Source: an uncultured Thiomicrospira sp. | GTDB taxonomy: Bacteria > Pseudomonadota > Gammaproteobacteria > CAKMZV01 | Assembly (NCBI GenBank): GCA_965195345.1 | Contig: OZ239628.1 | Span: 960,001-1,024,000 of the forward strand | Direction of reading: 5' to 3' | DNA: 64,000 bases | Shown here: positions 10,567 through 21,409 of the stretch, in pieces | Numbering within the stretch: position 1 is the stretch's first letter | How the letters are laid out: each line of letters starts with the position of its first letter | Position numbers and translations under genes: made by a program | Notes under the pieces: model-generated | Database searches by the model: none | What the model was told of the DNA's origin: nothing | Seen by the model: the letters and a program-made list of their open reading frames with translations, nothing else

Positions 10567-11865
10567 ATGCACATTACAACTAAGAGGCTTGAAAAAATAC
10601 TTAATAACTCGAAAGAGGTAAAGATTAGCAATCAATCTCGTATTTTGATGATTGCTGTTGATGAGCAAGAATACCGTGTTCAGGCTAATAATCCCGAACA
10701 ACATGTTGAAGGCATCGCTGCAAATGTTTTAGGCGCTACTCCAACATTGATAGAGGATTTTGAGTTTTTGGTGATCTGGCTGTTGCGCAATTGTTGGTAT
10801 CAACGCTCCAAAGGTATTAACGTCAATGTGGCGGAGGTTGTTATTGAAGCAGTTGAACTGCCTTCAAACCTTCAAGTATACGACGAAGATGGCAGATTAA
10901 TAAGCATGGGCGATCTTGAGGCTTTTGTTAAACCTTACTTTGTCAATAATTACCAGCAGTGGAAAATGGAAGCTATGCTATTGCCTATAAATGCTCAACC
11001 TTCTCATTTTTCGAGAAAAACTTCTTGGGGTGTTAATGACATAGTTCCAGTGCAAGACATAAGAACGCGTGATTTGGCTTCATTAGTTAAAGATGAAGGA
11101 ATGCATCATCAAGGTTGTTATGTGCTCAGTGAGAAAATTAGCAAAGATACGGCGGTTATTCACGGATATGCCTCCTACCGCATTGGTTCGGAATTAAGTG
11201 CTGGACACTTGATGTTAAATTGGCTAATACGTATAGTAGCAGGAGAAGGGAAGTTAATGCGACCCGAGATAGCAATCATTGAAAGTGATAAGGTTCCAGG
11301 TTTGGTGCTCTCAGGCATGAACTTATGTGATAAAAATGGCAACCCGCTAAGTCCTAACCAAGAAACAGTACATTTGATGCGCCTATTGCAGGATTATCGC
11401 GAATGGACAGATGGATGCGTAAATATTTTCACGGATTTTGTTAGAATGCATTTTTCTGAAAACGATCAAGCTCAGGAATGGTTGACTGCTGTTGATGCTC
11501 AAAAAAACCTCGATAATGTTGAAAGTATTCAACTTGAATTATTCAGTACTCTTGAACCTCAAACAAAAACTTTTATTGTAGAGACAAACAATGAGCCTGA
11601 TCTTTCTTTTAAAGGGGTTCGTTTGGGTAGAGTAATTGACTCATCTAAGCAGGGTTTATCACGTATATTAGACCTCTATCAAACACAAGAGGGTTCGTGG
11701 GTTTGCGTAAAAAAATCAATGTTTGAAGGTCAAGAAGCAAGAGAAGAACTCGTTGTTAAGGTGCTCTCGTCAAAACAAGAAGTGATCAATTTTTTTGGTT
11801 CCGATCAATTTGCCAAGACGCTGTATAAGCAAGCCAACATTGACTACTTTCGCCGTATTGACTAA
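10567..11865 (+). CDS. Hypothetical protein, 432 aa
   Basis: Long ORF starting 2 nt after gltX; no confident family match. Confidence 0.7.
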   Translation: MHITTKRLEKILNNSKEVKISNQSRILMIAVDEQEYRVQANNPEQHVEGIAANVLGATPTLIEDFEFLVIWLLRNCWYQRSKGINVNVAEVVIEAVELPSNLQVYDEDGRLISMGDLEAFVKPYFVNNYQQWKMEAMLLPINAQPSHFSRKTSWGVNDIVPVQDIRTRDLASLVKDEGMHHQGCYVLSEKISKDTAVIHGYASYRIGSELSAGHLMLNWLIRIVAGEGKLMRPEIAIIESDKVPGLVLSGMNLCDKNGNPLSPNQETVHLMRLLQDYREWTDGCVNIFTDFVRMHFSENDQAQEWLTAVDAQKNLDNVESIQLELFSTLEPQTKTFIVETNNEPDLSFKGVRLGRVIDSSKQGLSRILDLYQTQEGSWVCVKKSMFEGQEAREELVVKVLSSKQEVINFFGSDQFAKTLYKQANIDYFRRID

Positions 11866-11970
11866 AAGAAATTCACTCGCAATAATTACTTGTTTAACGT
11901 ATATTTCATAAAATTCTTATTCATTGCTTTAATCGATAAAGTTACAACCACTTATTTTTATAAAAATTGA

Positions 11971-12630
11971 ATGACATTAGCTATATTTGATCTTGATGGA
12001 ACGTTGTTGGAGGGAGACAGTGCTACTCTTTGGGGAGAGCATATGGTTAAGCATAATTTAGTTGCTGATGCTGAATATTTCCGTAAGGAAAATGAGCGAT
12101 TTGACACGGATTATAAAAACGGATGTTTGGATACTCTTTCCTATTTTGCCTTTATTCTTAAGCCGATGTTAGCTATGCATCCTGACGATTTATTGGCGTT
12201 TAATCATCAGTTTGTTGAAGAAGTGATTCGCCCTTGCATTCGCCCCGTTGGACTTGAACGCATAGACTTTCATAAAGAACAGGGAGATACTGTCATGATT
12301 GCAACATCAACTATTGACGCATTAGCGATCCCTGTTGCTCATTTGTGCGGCGTTGAGCATGTGATAGCTACAAGGTTGGAATTAGTAGGAGGGCATCTCA
12401 CGGGAGATATCATAGGAGAGCCTGCATACGGAGAAGGAAAAGTGGCGCTTATAGAAGAATGGATACAGGAAAATAATGAATCTTGGAAGGATAGCTATGC
12501 TTATTCGGACTCTGATGTAGACATTCCTTTACTTAGTCGCGCAATGCATGCTGTAGCGGTTAACCCTAATAAAAATCTTGAGAAAAAAGCTAATGAGAAA
12601 GAATGGGAAATTGCCGACTTCAGTATCTAA
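11971..12630 (+). CDS. HAD-IB family hydrolase (SerB/histidinol-phosphatase-like)
   Basis: FDLDGTL, GEGK, AYSDSDVD, AVNP. Confidence 0.85.
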   Translation: MTLAIFDLDGTLLEGDSATLWGEHMVKHNLVADAEYFRKENERFDTDYKNGCLDTLSYFAFILKPMLAMHPDDLLAFNHQFVEEVIRPCIRPVGLERIDFHKEQGDTVMIATSTIDALAIPVAHLCGVEHVIATRLELVGGHLTGDIIGEPAYGEGKVALIEEWIQENNESWKDSYAYSDSDVDIPLLSRAMHAVAVNPNKNLEKKANEKEWEIADFSI

Positions 12631-12747
12631 TGAACACTCCAGATACAGGAGTTTTGTTATCTGGCAGGGAATGTTTAGTGATTTGTTATCAAATTGAAAA
12701 ATGATACGTCTGTCTGTGATAGTCCGTTAAAAATCAGAATAAAAGAT

Positions 12748-13434
12748 ATGCAGAATCAAGATAATTATAAACTTGCCAACTATCAACGTCCCTTGGAATT
12801 AAATTCACCATTGGACGAGAAAAAAATTTTATTGCATTCGTGCTGTGCTCCGTGCGCAGGAGAAGTAATGTTAGCATTATCTGCAGCAGGATTTGAGCAA
12901 ACTATATATTTTTATAATCCAAACATCCATCCAAAGGTGGAGTACGATATTCGAAAGCAAGAGAACATACGTTTTTGTGAAAAAATGAATATTCCTTTTA
13001 TTGATGCCGACTATGATCGGGAACAATGGTTTGAAAGAACAAAAGGACAAGAGTGGGAACCTGAGCGAGGAAAACGTTGTACATCATGTTTTGATATGCG
13101 TTTCGAGCAAACAGCTGGTTATGCCAAAGCAAATGGTTGGAGTCTGATCTCTTCAACATTGGGGATTTCTCGATGGAAAGATATGGAGCAAATAAATGCC
13201 TGTGGTGAGCGTGCCGCAAACCGAGTCGGAGATATTACTTATTGGACTTATAACTGGCGCAGAGCAGGAGGCTCATCAAGAATGGTTGAGCTGGCAAAGG
13301 AAGAGAATTTTTATCAACAAGAATATTGTGGCTGTGTGTACAGTCTGAGAGATACAAATCGGTGGCGCGAGGAGCGCGGAAGAGAACGAGTAATTCGGGG
13401 TATTAAGTTTTATGGTAAAGATGGTTTTGACTGA
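12748..13434 (+). CDS. queH: Epoxyqueuosine reductase QueH
   Basis: [26 protein letters not shown]; ATG at 12748 preferred over TTG at 12694. Confidence 0.9.
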   Translation: MQNQDNYKLANYQRPLELNSPLDEKKILLHSCCAPCAGEVMLALSAAGFEQTIYFYNPNIHPKVEYDIRKQENIRFCEKMNIPFIDADYDREQWFERTKGQEWEPERGKRCTSCFDMRFEQTAGYAKANGWSLISSTLGISRWKDMEQINACGERAANRVGDITYWTYNWRRAGGSSRMVELAKEENFYQQEYCGCVYSLRDTNRWREERGRERVIRGIKFYGKDGFD

Positions 13435-13553
13435 TTAAAACGTGCCGCTTATTTTTTTAGGATGCTTTTAAAAATAGGACTATTGAAAACGAATTAGATT
13501 ATCTGATTTCTGTGAGAGGCATTGTTTATTAAGGTAAAATACCACTATTCTAT

Positions 13554-13630
13554 GGCGGGCGTAGCTCAGTTGGTAGAGCACAGGTTTGTGGCACCTGTGG
13601 TCGCGGGTTCAATCCCCGTCGCTCGCCCCA
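13554..13630 (+). tRNA. tRNA-His (GTG)
   Basis: G-1 plus acceptor stem GCGGGCG/CGCTCGC, D-arm AGCTCAGTTGGTAGAGC, anticodon arm CAGGT-TTGTGGC-ACCTG, T-loop GGTTCAATCC, C73-CCA end. Confidence 0.97.
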
Positions 13631-13651
13631 TTTCTTTCATTATTTTTCAAA

Positions 13652-15589
13652 ATGCTTTCAAAAAATCAACTTGCAGATGATATACGTCATTGGTTAGGAA
13701 ATGAAAGCCCTCTAAAAAGTGGATTTAACAGTTTTTCCAAGCGTGATGCTCAACTAGACATGGCATTGCATATCGGAGATGTGCTTTTAGAAAAATCAAA
13801 CATTATAGTGGAGGCTCCGACTGGTATCGGCAAAACACTAGCCTATTTAATACCTGCATTGCTTGCAGGAAAAAAAACTGTAGTTGCTTCACGTACTAAA
13901 GTCCTGCAAGAACAGCTGATGCAACACGACATACCTAAATTGCTCAATCTTTTTCCTGAAGGTAAGCGTGTTGTGATGTTAAAAGGGAAAGAGAATTATC
14001 TTTCCAAAGAACGAATGGCGTTAACACGAGATACGCTTTTAGGTTTGGATGATCAGGAGCGAACAGATTTCCATAATATTGAGTTATGGGCAAAAATTAC
14101 TAAAAGTGGCGACAAAGCAGAATGCTTACAAGTTTCCCCCAGCGCTTCTATATGGCGAATGGTAACCAATAGAGCACAGGATGAACTAGAGCCCGATGGG
14201 TTTTGTGCGAATGCTCGCAAAAAAGCATATCATTCAGATATTTTAGTTGTAAATCAGCATTTATTGTGTGCAGATTTACAAATGCGTAATGAAGCAGATG
14301 TGAAGCTGCTTCCATCATTTGATGCATTTGTTATTGATGAATCTCATGCTTTTCCAGAGACTGCTGCCATGATGTTCAGCGAACAAACGAGTTTTAGACA
14401 CATTTCAGATCTATCTCAAGATGGGTTAACTTTGTTGACTGAAGAGTCAAACAATGACATAGATATTAATGAAAAACTGAAAATGTTAAGCTCATGCGCA
14501 GAAAGGGCAAGGTTATTGTTAAGCCCCATTCAAGGGCGTTTTGAATGGCATGATACTTTGAAAAACACAATCGGATTGGAAAAATGGGTTCATGATGTAT
14601 TGGAATTAATTCTTTTTTTAGAAAAGAGTTTCCAAGACCAATCAGAGAGGGGATACAAGTATGGAAAAATGGCAGCGCGCTTTGCAGATTGCAGTTCAAT
14701 CTTTAATACGCTGTTGAGTGGAATGAATCAAGACACTCTTGATTATATTCTTTGGTTGGAAGTTTCCAATAACGGTTATTTTCGCATCTATGTTACCCCG
14801 ATCAAAGTAGCATCTAAATTTCGAGAAATGATGCGAACAACCGATTCTTCTTGGGTTTTTACATCGGCTACGTTGGCAATTAATGGCGATTTCACTTCTT
14901 TTAGGCAACGCTTAGGACTTGATAAAGACCAGTGCGTTACTTTGAATCTACCATCTCCTTTTGATTACAAAAAACAAGGCGCTTTTTATAAGTTAGAAAA
15001 TGTTTTTGATCCTAATTTTATGGAACATACCATTGATTTTTTATCTAAAATATTACCAGTTTTAAACCTTTTGAAAGGGCGTACGTTTATATTGTTTACT
15101 AGTTATGCCGCCATGAATCGCGCGCGCGCATGGTTAGAGGTTAACACGTCATTCCATTTGCTTGTGCAAGGAGATCAGGCAAGTCAACAGTTGATTGATG
15201 TATTCAAAAAAAGTGAAAATAGCGTGCTGCTTGCAACACACAGTTTTTGGGAAGGAGTCGACGTAAAGGGTGATGCGTTATCATGCGTGGTTATTGACAA
15301 GCTGCCATTTGCATCTCCTGAAGACCCTTTGGTTAAAGCACGTAGACGGTGGTATGAAAAGACAGGGCGAAACCATTTTATTCAGGATGCTTTGCCGAGA
15401 GCTATTTTGCAATTACGCCAAGGTGTGGGACGTTTAATTAGAGGGATCGACGATAAGGGAATATTAATAATTGCAGATAACAGATTACACAGCAAACAAT
15501 ATGGGCGGTTGGTTTTGCAGAGTTTGCCAGAATTTAAAACCATAGATTCATTTCAAGAATTAGAAGCGTTTTGGTATGGAAAAAACTGA
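13652..15589 (+). CDS. yoaA: DinG/YoaA-family ATP-dependent DNA helicase
   Basis: EAPTGIGKT, VIDESH, FTSATL, SFWEGVD, QGVGRLIR; start moved to ATG 13652, downstream of the tRNA; sits upstream of tsaB. Confidence 0.85.
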   Translation: MLSKNQLADDIRHWLGNESPLKSGFNSFSKRDAQLDMALHIGDVLLEKSNIIVEAPTGIGKTLAYLIPALLAGKKTVVASRTKVLQEQLMQHDIPKLLNLFPEGKRVVMLKGKENYLSKERMALTRDTLLGLDDQERTDFHNIELWAKITKSGDKAECLQVSPSASIWRMVTNRAQDELEPDGFCANARKKAYHSDILVVNQHLLCADLQMRNEADVKLLPSFDAFVIDESHAFPETAAMMFSEQTSFRHISDLSQDGLTLLTEESNNDIDINEKLKMLSSCAERARLLLSPIQGRFEWHDTLKNTIGLEKWVHDVLELILFLEKSFQDQSERGYKYGKMAARFADCSSIFNTLLSGMNQDTLDYILWLEVSNNGYFRIYVTPIKVASKFREMMRTTDSSWVFTSATLAINGDFTSFRQRLGLDKDQCVTLNLPSPFDYKKQGAFYKLENVFDPNFMEHTIDFLSKILPVLNLLKGRTFILFTSYAAMNRARAWLEVNTSFHLLVQGDQASQQLIDVFKKSENSVLLATHSFWEGVDVKGDALSCVVIDKLPFASPEDPLVKARRRWYEKTGRNHFIQDALPRAILQLRQGVGRLIRGIDDKGILIIADNRLHSKQYGRLVLQSLPEFKTIDSFQELEAFWYGKN

Positions 15590-16229
15590 TTGTATTTTAG
15601 GAATAAGTCTCTCTCAGGCAAATGGCTTCGTGGCTATTTCAGTGAATCAAAGTATATTTGAATATCGGTTTACCTCTCCTCAAGAGCATTCGAGATTGTT
15701 TTTTGATAAATTGGATTTGTTATTGAAGAATGCTCGACTAAAAACCAAACAGTTTCAAGGCGTTGTATTAGACATAGGTCCTGGGAGTTTTATGGGGGTT
15801 CGTAGTGGGTTATCTATAGCACAAGGCATTGCTTTTTCTATGCAAATTCCAATTTTACCGGTGGCAAGCCTTGAAATCATGGCTCTACAGGCAATGCACA
15901 TTGATGGTAATGCAAAGAGTGATTGGGTCTTTACAGCTCAAGATGCACGTATGGGAGAATGTTATTATGCGCTGTGGAGCTGTAAAGGAAATATGTTAGA
16001 AAGTGTTTTTGAGCCAAATGTCGCAACACTGGAACATGCCGAAGAGCACATTCAAAAGTTGTCAACGACACCAATTACTATAGGTAATGCCTTTGATCAA
16101 ACATTTGCTATTTCAGCGGATGCAATGTTCAAGTTAGCGCATCAAAAAGATGATTGGCAAGATAGCAGCTTGGTAAAACCGCTTTATATAAGAACTCAAG
16201 TTGCTAAAGTACCACCATTGGTAAATTAA
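15576..16229 (+). CDS. tsaB: tRNA threonylcarbamoyladenosine biosynthesis protein TsaB
   Basis: GPGSFMGVR, DARMGE, PLYIR. Confidence 0.9.
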   Translation: MEKTDCILGISLSQANGFVAISVNQSIFEYRFTSPQEHSRLFFDKLDLLLKNARLKTKQFQGVVLDIGPGSFMGVRSGLSIAQGIAFSMQIPILPVASLEIMALQAMHIDGNAKSDWVFTAQDARMGECYYALWSCKGNMLESVFEPNVATLEHAEEHIQKLSTTPITIGNAFDQTFAISADAMFKLAHQKDDWQDSSLVKPLYIRTQVAKVPPLVN

Positions 16230-17404
16230 GACTTACAAAAAACTTCAAATTTATCTAACGCTTTTTCAAGTTTCTCCATTGAAGTGGCAAAAGACATTCT
16301 GAGATGTCCTTGCGAGCCAAATCCACTACCTGGTACGGCTGCTACACCGTGTTTTTCTAATAAATCGGCAGTAAATGCAACATCACTCTTATAACCTTTC
16401 TTGAGCATAACAGCTGATATCTCAGGAAAAGTATAGAAAGAACCAGCTGAAGGTAATACGTTTATTTTGTCAATACTTGATAAGCGCTCGTAAACATATT
16501 TGTGGCGTATGCTAAATTGTTCAAGCATTTGTGCGACATTCTCTTGACTTCCTTTGATCGCCTCTAAGGCAGCATATTGCGCTATAGAAGTAGGGTTTGA
16601 GGTGCTTTGCCCTTGAATGGTTTTAACTGCTTTGATAATGCGTGAATCCCCTGCCATATAGCCGATACGCCATCCTGTCATTGCATAAGTTTTAGACACT
16701 CCGTTGACAACAATAGTTCGATCCTTTAGCGCAGGTTCAACGTTGAGAATGTTAGCAAATTCAAGGTTATTAAAAATGATTTTTTCGTAAATATCATCGC
16801 TTATGATCAACACATTAGGATGATCCAGTAATACTTCAGCAAGGCTCTTTAACTCTTCTTTAGAATAGAGCGCACCAGACGGATTGCTTGGGCTGTTAAG
16901 GAAAATCAAACGAGTGCGGTCAGTAATGGATGATTTGAGTAACTCGGCTGTCAATTTAAATTCTGATTCAATAGGGCACTCAACAATAATTGGAGTCGCA
17001 CCTGCCAGAAGGACAATGTCAGGATAAGATACCCAATATGGTGTTGGAATAATAACTTCATCTCCTGCATTAAGTATCGCCTGACACAGATTGTAGCAAC
17101 CTTGTTTGGCGCCTACGTTAACACAAATTTGATTTAAGTCGTAATGTAACCCGTTATCGGTGATAAATTTAGACTGGATAGCTTCTTTCAAAGGTTTTAC
17201 ACCATCCACCGAGGTGTATTTAGTTATGCCTTTATTGATGGCATCAATAGCAGCTTGTTTGATATGTTCGGGTGTGTCAAAATCGGGTTCGCCAGAGCTT
17301 AATGAAATAACATCACGCCCTTGAGCGCGCATTTGTTCAGCTAAAGCCGATATTTCAAGTGTTGGGGACGGTTTTACAAGATCAAGTGTTTTTGATAGTT
17401 TCAT
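16226..17404 (-). CDS. PLP-dependent aminotransferase class I/II (aspartate aminotransferase-like)
   Basis: GEPDFDTP, NSPSNPSG, SDDIY, SKTYAMTGWRIG. Confidence 0.9.
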   Translation of the reverse strand: MKLSKTLDLVKPSPTLEISALAEQMRAQGRDVISLSSGEPDFDTPEHIKQAAIDAINKGITKYTSVDGVKPLKEAIQSKFITDNGLHYDLNQICVNVGAKQGCYNLCQAILNAGDEVIIPTPYWVSYPDIVLLAGATPIIVECPIESEFKLTAELLKSSITDRTRLIFLNSPSNPSGALYSKEELKSLAEVLLDHPNVLIISDDIYEKIIFNNLEFANILNVEPALKDRTIVVNGVSKTYAMTGWRIGYMAGDSRIIKAVKTIQGQSTSNPTSIAQYAALEAIKGSQENVAQMLEQFSIRHKYVYERLSSIDKINVLPSAGSFYTFPEISAVMLKKGYKSDVAFTADLLEKHGVAAVPGSGFGSQGHLRMSFATSMEKLEKALDKFEVFCKS

Positions 17405-18144
17405 ATGCTAGGTTTCCAATTTTCGAATTTAAACGGGGTATCGGGGGTTGATGGATCCAGTACTATTATAACGGCACCATCGGAATGCCAATCTCCTACG
17501 ACCGCTGCAGAATGGCTATTATATAAGGATAAGCCTGGCTGATGTATATGTCCATGTATTAATTGATGGTCTGGCCATTCCTGCATCATTTCTTCTATTG
17601 TTTCAGCGCAAGGGTGTTGCAACTCCAGCGCTTTAGTATTATTTATTTCGCCACTTCGAACACGCAATTCATTGGCCAATTTTAAACGTTCGTTGAGCGG
17701 TTTTGAAAGCATTTCTTTTTGCCATGCTTCAGAGCGAGTTAATGAACGAAATTGCTGATAGTCTTTATCCAGAGTGCAGGCGCTATCGCCATGTATCAGT
17801 AGATATTTATTTTTTGTATGATTGAGTATACAAGGGTCATTTATTCCAGTCGTATTAGTATAGCTAAAAAAATCTTCCCCAAGCAGAAAGTCACGATTTC
17901 CATGCTGGATATAAATTGGCAGAGGGCAAGCCCTCAATGCTTCAATTTCATTTTGATAAATAGACATCCCATCGTCGCCTATCCAAAAGTCAAATAAATC
18001 GCCAATGATTATTAACGCATTGTAATTATGTGTACTGTGTTGTAAAAATTCGAAAAAAGCTTTACTGATTTCTGGTTTTTTAATATGCAAATGCAAGTCA
18101 CCTAAAATAGCAATTTTTTCTGAAGAATTAATGAAGTTGATCAT
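17401..18144 (-). CDS. lpxH: UDP-2,3-diacylglucosamine diphosphatase
   Basis: GDLHL, GDLFDFWIGDD, GNRDF, HGD, HGHIH, GDW. Confidence 0.9.
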   Translation of the reverse strand: MINFINSSEKIAILGDLHLHIKKPEISKAFFEFLQHSTHNYNALIIIGDLFDFWIGDDGMSIYQNEIEALRACPLPIYIQHGNRDFLLGEDFFSYTNTTGINDPCILNHTKNKYLLIHGDSACTLDKDYQQFRSLTRSEAWQKEMLSKPLNERLKLANELRVRSGEINNTKALELQHPCAETIEEMMQEWPDHQLIHGHIHQPGLSLYNSHSAAVVGDWHSDGAVIIVLDPSTPDTPFKFENWKPSI

Positions 18145-18587
18145 TAATGATTTGCCGTAGGAAGAATAGATAACTCTGCTATTCGATTGAAGTACTGTTC
18201 TATATTAAAAGCATCTTGCTGACTTTGCGAATACATTATATCTGCTAAAGCTTCCATCAAAATATGCTCAGATCTGTGCCAATCGCCGCCTAAATTTGAC
18301 AGTATATCAGCATAGATTGGTTGGATTCCTGGGGGGTGATTGCTAAAATGCTGTTCACGAACAGCAAGATGAAAACTCATGTGTAGAAATGGGTTTTGCA
18401 AGTCGCTGCCTGCTGGCACCTCTAATATTTTATCCAGTGATTCAAAAAAATTATGATATTCGGGATGCTCTTTGATAATTTCAACTATCATTTTTTCAAC
18501 GTTTTCAAGCGGCGCGTTTGCTAGGCTTTTTTGCCAACTATCAAAGTAGAAAGCCCGATATTTTTCAAGAGAGTCAGTATAAATCAT
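18144..18587 (-). CDS. DUF1841-family protein
   Basis: HPEYH and NPFLHMSFHLAVREQ motifs; family commonly found next to nth. Confidence 0.75.
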   Translation of the reverse strand: MIYTDSLEKYRAFYFDSWQKSLANAPLENVEKMIVEIIKEHPEYHNFFESLDKILEVPAGSDLQNPFLHMSFHLAVREQHFSNHPPGIQPIYADILSNLGGDWHRSEHILMEALADIMYSQSQQDAFNIEQYFNRIAELSILPTANH

Positions 18588-19216
18588 ATGCCTTTTTCTT
18601 TATATTCACAAAATGGTCTCGCAACGCATTGGGTGCATTTTGGTGAGCGGGCAGTGCATGTATAACGCCCGTGAAGGATAAGTAAATGATGTATGTCAAT
18701 TAAGTATTTTTTTGGCACCACTTTATACAAACGCTCTTCTACTTCACGAGGCGTTTTCCCTGGTGCTAATTTTGTACGATTGCTTACTCTAAAAATATGC
18801 GTATCTACAGCAATGACTGGTTCAGAAAAAAAGGTATTTAGGACAACATTGGCCGTTTTTCTCCCAACACCAGGTAAAGCTTCAAGTGCCTTACGGTTTT
18901 GAGGTAGTTCTCCCAAATATTCATCGACGAGTATCTTGCATGTGGCTAGGATATTTTTTGCTTTGGTGTTGAATAAACCGATTGATTTTATATGTTTTTT
19001 AATGCCTTCTTGGCCAAGTGAAATCATTTTTTTAGGAGTGTCTGCCTGCGCAAAAAGTCCTGAGGTTGCTTTATTAACGCTGACGTCTGTTGCTTGTGCT
19101 GAGAGTACTACTGCAATTAACAACTCAAACGATGAAGAAAAATTTAACTCAGTGGTGGGCTCGGGAATATGCTGTGCGAGCGCATCAATAAATGCTTCTC
19201 GTTTACCTTGATTCAT
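18584..19216 (-). CDS. nth: Endonuclease III
   Basis: [23 protein letters not shown]-x6-C-x2-C-x5-C; likely start MNQGK at 19216. Confidence 0.95.
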   Translation of the reverse strand: MNQGKREAFIDALAQHIPEPTTELNFSSSFELLIAVVLSAQATDVSVNKATSGLFAQADTPKKMISLGQEGIKKHIKSIGLFNTKAKNILATCKILVDEYLGELPQNRKALEALPGVGRKTANVVLNTFFSEPVIAVDTHIFRVSNRTKLAPGKTPREVEERLYKVVPKKYLIDIHHLLILHGRYTCTARSPKCTQCVARPFCEYKEKGI

Positions 19217-19842
19217 CGTTTGATAAAATTGAAAAGGGCAATCATTAATCCGAGCAAAATGAATGCACCTGGCGGAAATGACGCTAAAAGCAAAAGATTC
19301 TGATTCTGTAAGCCTACATGCCAATCGACTCCTGAACCGAAAAGCAAATGCATGTCTGCAAATATTCCTCCCGTCGCTATGAGTTCACGCAAACACCCCA
19401 AAATGGTTAGTACAATGAAAAAGCCACTGCCCATAGAAAAACCATCAAGTATGCTTGGTAGTATTCTATTTTTGCTTGCAAAAGCTTCAGCGCGACCAAG
19501 AATAGCACAGTTAGTAACGATCAAAGGAACAAAAACCCCGAGACTTAAATATATTTCATACCACCATGCGTTTAATATCAATTCGATAATCGTAACAAGA
19601 CTTGCTATGAGTGCAACAAACGCAGGTATACGAACCTCTTTGGAAATCAAAGGGCGAAATAATGATACTAGAAAGTTAGAGGCAGTTATCACAAATAATG
19701 TTGCAAGTCCAAGTGCCATAGCATTTACTGCACTATTACTCACGGCAAGAAGAGGGCAAAGTCCCAGTAAAGCAACGAGAGCTTGGTTACTATGCCAGAG
19801 ACCTTCAGTGAATTGTGCTTTTGCTTGAGTTAAAGAAATCAT
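19213..19842 (-). CDS. rnfE: Rnf complex subunit E
   Basis: [29 protein letters not shown]; likely start MISLT at 19842. Confidence 0.9.
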   Translation of the reverse strand: MISLTQAKAQFTEGLWHSNQALVALLGLCPLLAVSNSAVNAMALGLATLFVITASNFLVSLFRPLISKEVRIPAFVALIASLVTIIELILNAWWYEIYLSLGVFVPLIVTNCAILGRAEAFASKNRILPSILDGFSMGSGFFIVLTILGCLRELIATGGIFADMHLLFGSGVDWHVGLQNQNLLLLASFPPGAFILLGLMIALFNFIKR

Positions 19843-19882
19843 GGATGCTATGGAGTAGCCGTTTGCGTAGTAATTATGTCCA

Positions 19883-20445
19883 TTATTTATTACAATTTGG
19901 AGCAATTGTACGGTTGTTTAAAGCGATTAAGTGTTTTTTAAGAGCATCAATAACCGCTTTAGAGGTTACTGATGCTGCGGATAATTGTTGGAAATCACCT
20001 TTGTGTTTGCGTATTGCCCACTTGTCAATAGCTGGGTTTTTAATGATTTTAGACTAAATTGATCAATCCATGTACTTTTGCGATTTTCAATACGATCACC
20101 TAATCCAGGTGTTTCGGAGTGGCTAATCACTCGTACTGCTTTAATTTGACCGTCTTTTGTTCCGACCAGTAAACTAATTTTATCGGCATAGGCTCTATCA
20201 GAGACTACTTTATGAATTTCACCTTGCACTTTTTTATTTTCACAAACAAGCCATATAGAGTCACTTATTTGTTGCATTTTTTGCGCGCTTGCTAGAGGAT
20301 ATATTTCAGCTAAAAGGGCGTCTTTGTGTTTTTGTTGAGCCTCTAAAATAGGTTCTTTTGTTTGATTAATCGTAAATGTCAGTAACAAAGCGCAGATGGC
20401 AAAAATAATAACTAAAAAAAATGCTGCATTTTTCATTTTAAACAT
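19883..20445 (-). pseudogene. rnfG: Rnf complex subunit G, frameshifted as sequenced
   Basis: HSETPGLG motif; the conserved C-terminus (WAIRK..GDFQQLSAASVTSKAVIDAL) continues in another frame after the 5-nt homopolymer at 20037-20041. Confidence 0.8.
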
Positions 20446-20455
20446 ATCATCTTTT

Positions 20456-21409
20456 TCACGTACCGTATATACGTGGAATGGTGTAGCGATCAATAAGTGG
20501 TGTTGATAAGTTGGCAATAAGAATAGCAAAAGCAACTGCATCTGGGTAATTGCCCCAAGTGCGGAGTATAAATATTAGTGCTCCAATTATAAAGCCAAAA
20601 ATCAGTTTGCCAATTTTTGATGTTGCGCAACTCACAGGATCAGTTGCAATAATAAAGGCACAGATCATAGTAGCTCCAAAGAAAAGATGGTCCAATGGAT
20701 TAGTGTTCGATCCAAATAAAAGCGTAAAAATTAATAGTGTTGCTATTACAGAAAATGGGATATGCCAACTAATGACTCGTAATGCAATAAGGAGCATACC
20801 GCCAGCAATAAATAAGAGGTTTAATAAATACCAGAAATTAAGAAAGAATGCCTTCGATACACCCCCATTTCCAATATTATTTCGGAGTATATCCAAAGGC
20901 GTTGCTGCGCTCATACTTATACTCTGTTGGGATGTAATAAAAGCATTTAATGCCTGCATCCACGTTTGTTGACTAAGCAGTGCAGGGTCGGGCCACAAAC
21001 TGAGTTCTAAAGGAAAGGAGACTAGAATAATAGCGTAACCGACCATGGCAGGATTAAAGGGGTTATAACCAATGCCGCCAAATAAATGTTTGCCAATCGT
21101 TAGTGAGGAGATAACAGCGATGATACCAATCCACCAAGGCGCATTAGGCGGTAAGGAAAAAACAATAATGAGTGCAGTGATTAGAAAGCTCAAATCTTTC
21201 AAATAGTATTTTGTTGATTTATTTCTAACGCGTAACATAACGGCTTCTGTAAGCGCGGCTGTTGCAATAATTAGCACTGTTTGATACAGCACAAACCAAC
21301 CAAAGCTAAATAGCCAAAAAAACCAAGCAGGCAACATAGCACAGACAACTAAAAACATTGTTTTGGTTACAGAGCTTTGATTATGAATAAAAGGAGCGCT
21401 ATTTTGCAT
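20456..21409 (-). CDS. rnfD: Rnf complex subunit D
   Basis: KHLFGGIGYNPFNPAM, ATPL, ATDPVS, YPDAVAF. Confidence 0.9.
   Translation of the reverse strand: MQNSAPFIHNQSSVTKTMFLVVCAMLPAWFFWLFSFGWFVLYQTVLIIATAALTEAVMLRVRNKSTKYYLKDLSFLITALIIVFSLPPNAPWWIGIIAVISSLTIGKHLFGGIGYNPFNPAMVGYAIILVSFPLELSLWPDPALLSQQTWMQALNAFITSQQSISMSAATPLDILRNNIGNGGVSKAFFLNFWYLLNLLFIAGGMLLIALRVISWHIPFSVIATLLIFTLLFGSNTNPLDHLFFGATMICAFIIATDPVSCATSKIGKLIFGFIIGALIFILRTWGNYPDAVAFAILIANLSTPLIDRYTIPRIYGT

Noticed and set aside
13586-13651. ORF-track N-terminal extension of the helicase
   Set aside because: Overlaps tRNA-His; ATG 13652 is the plausible start
19217-19324. N-terminal extension of nth (similarly for rnfE, rnfG, rnfB, waaA)
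   Set aside because: Overlaps the upstream gene and lacks family similarity; downstream ATGs fit better
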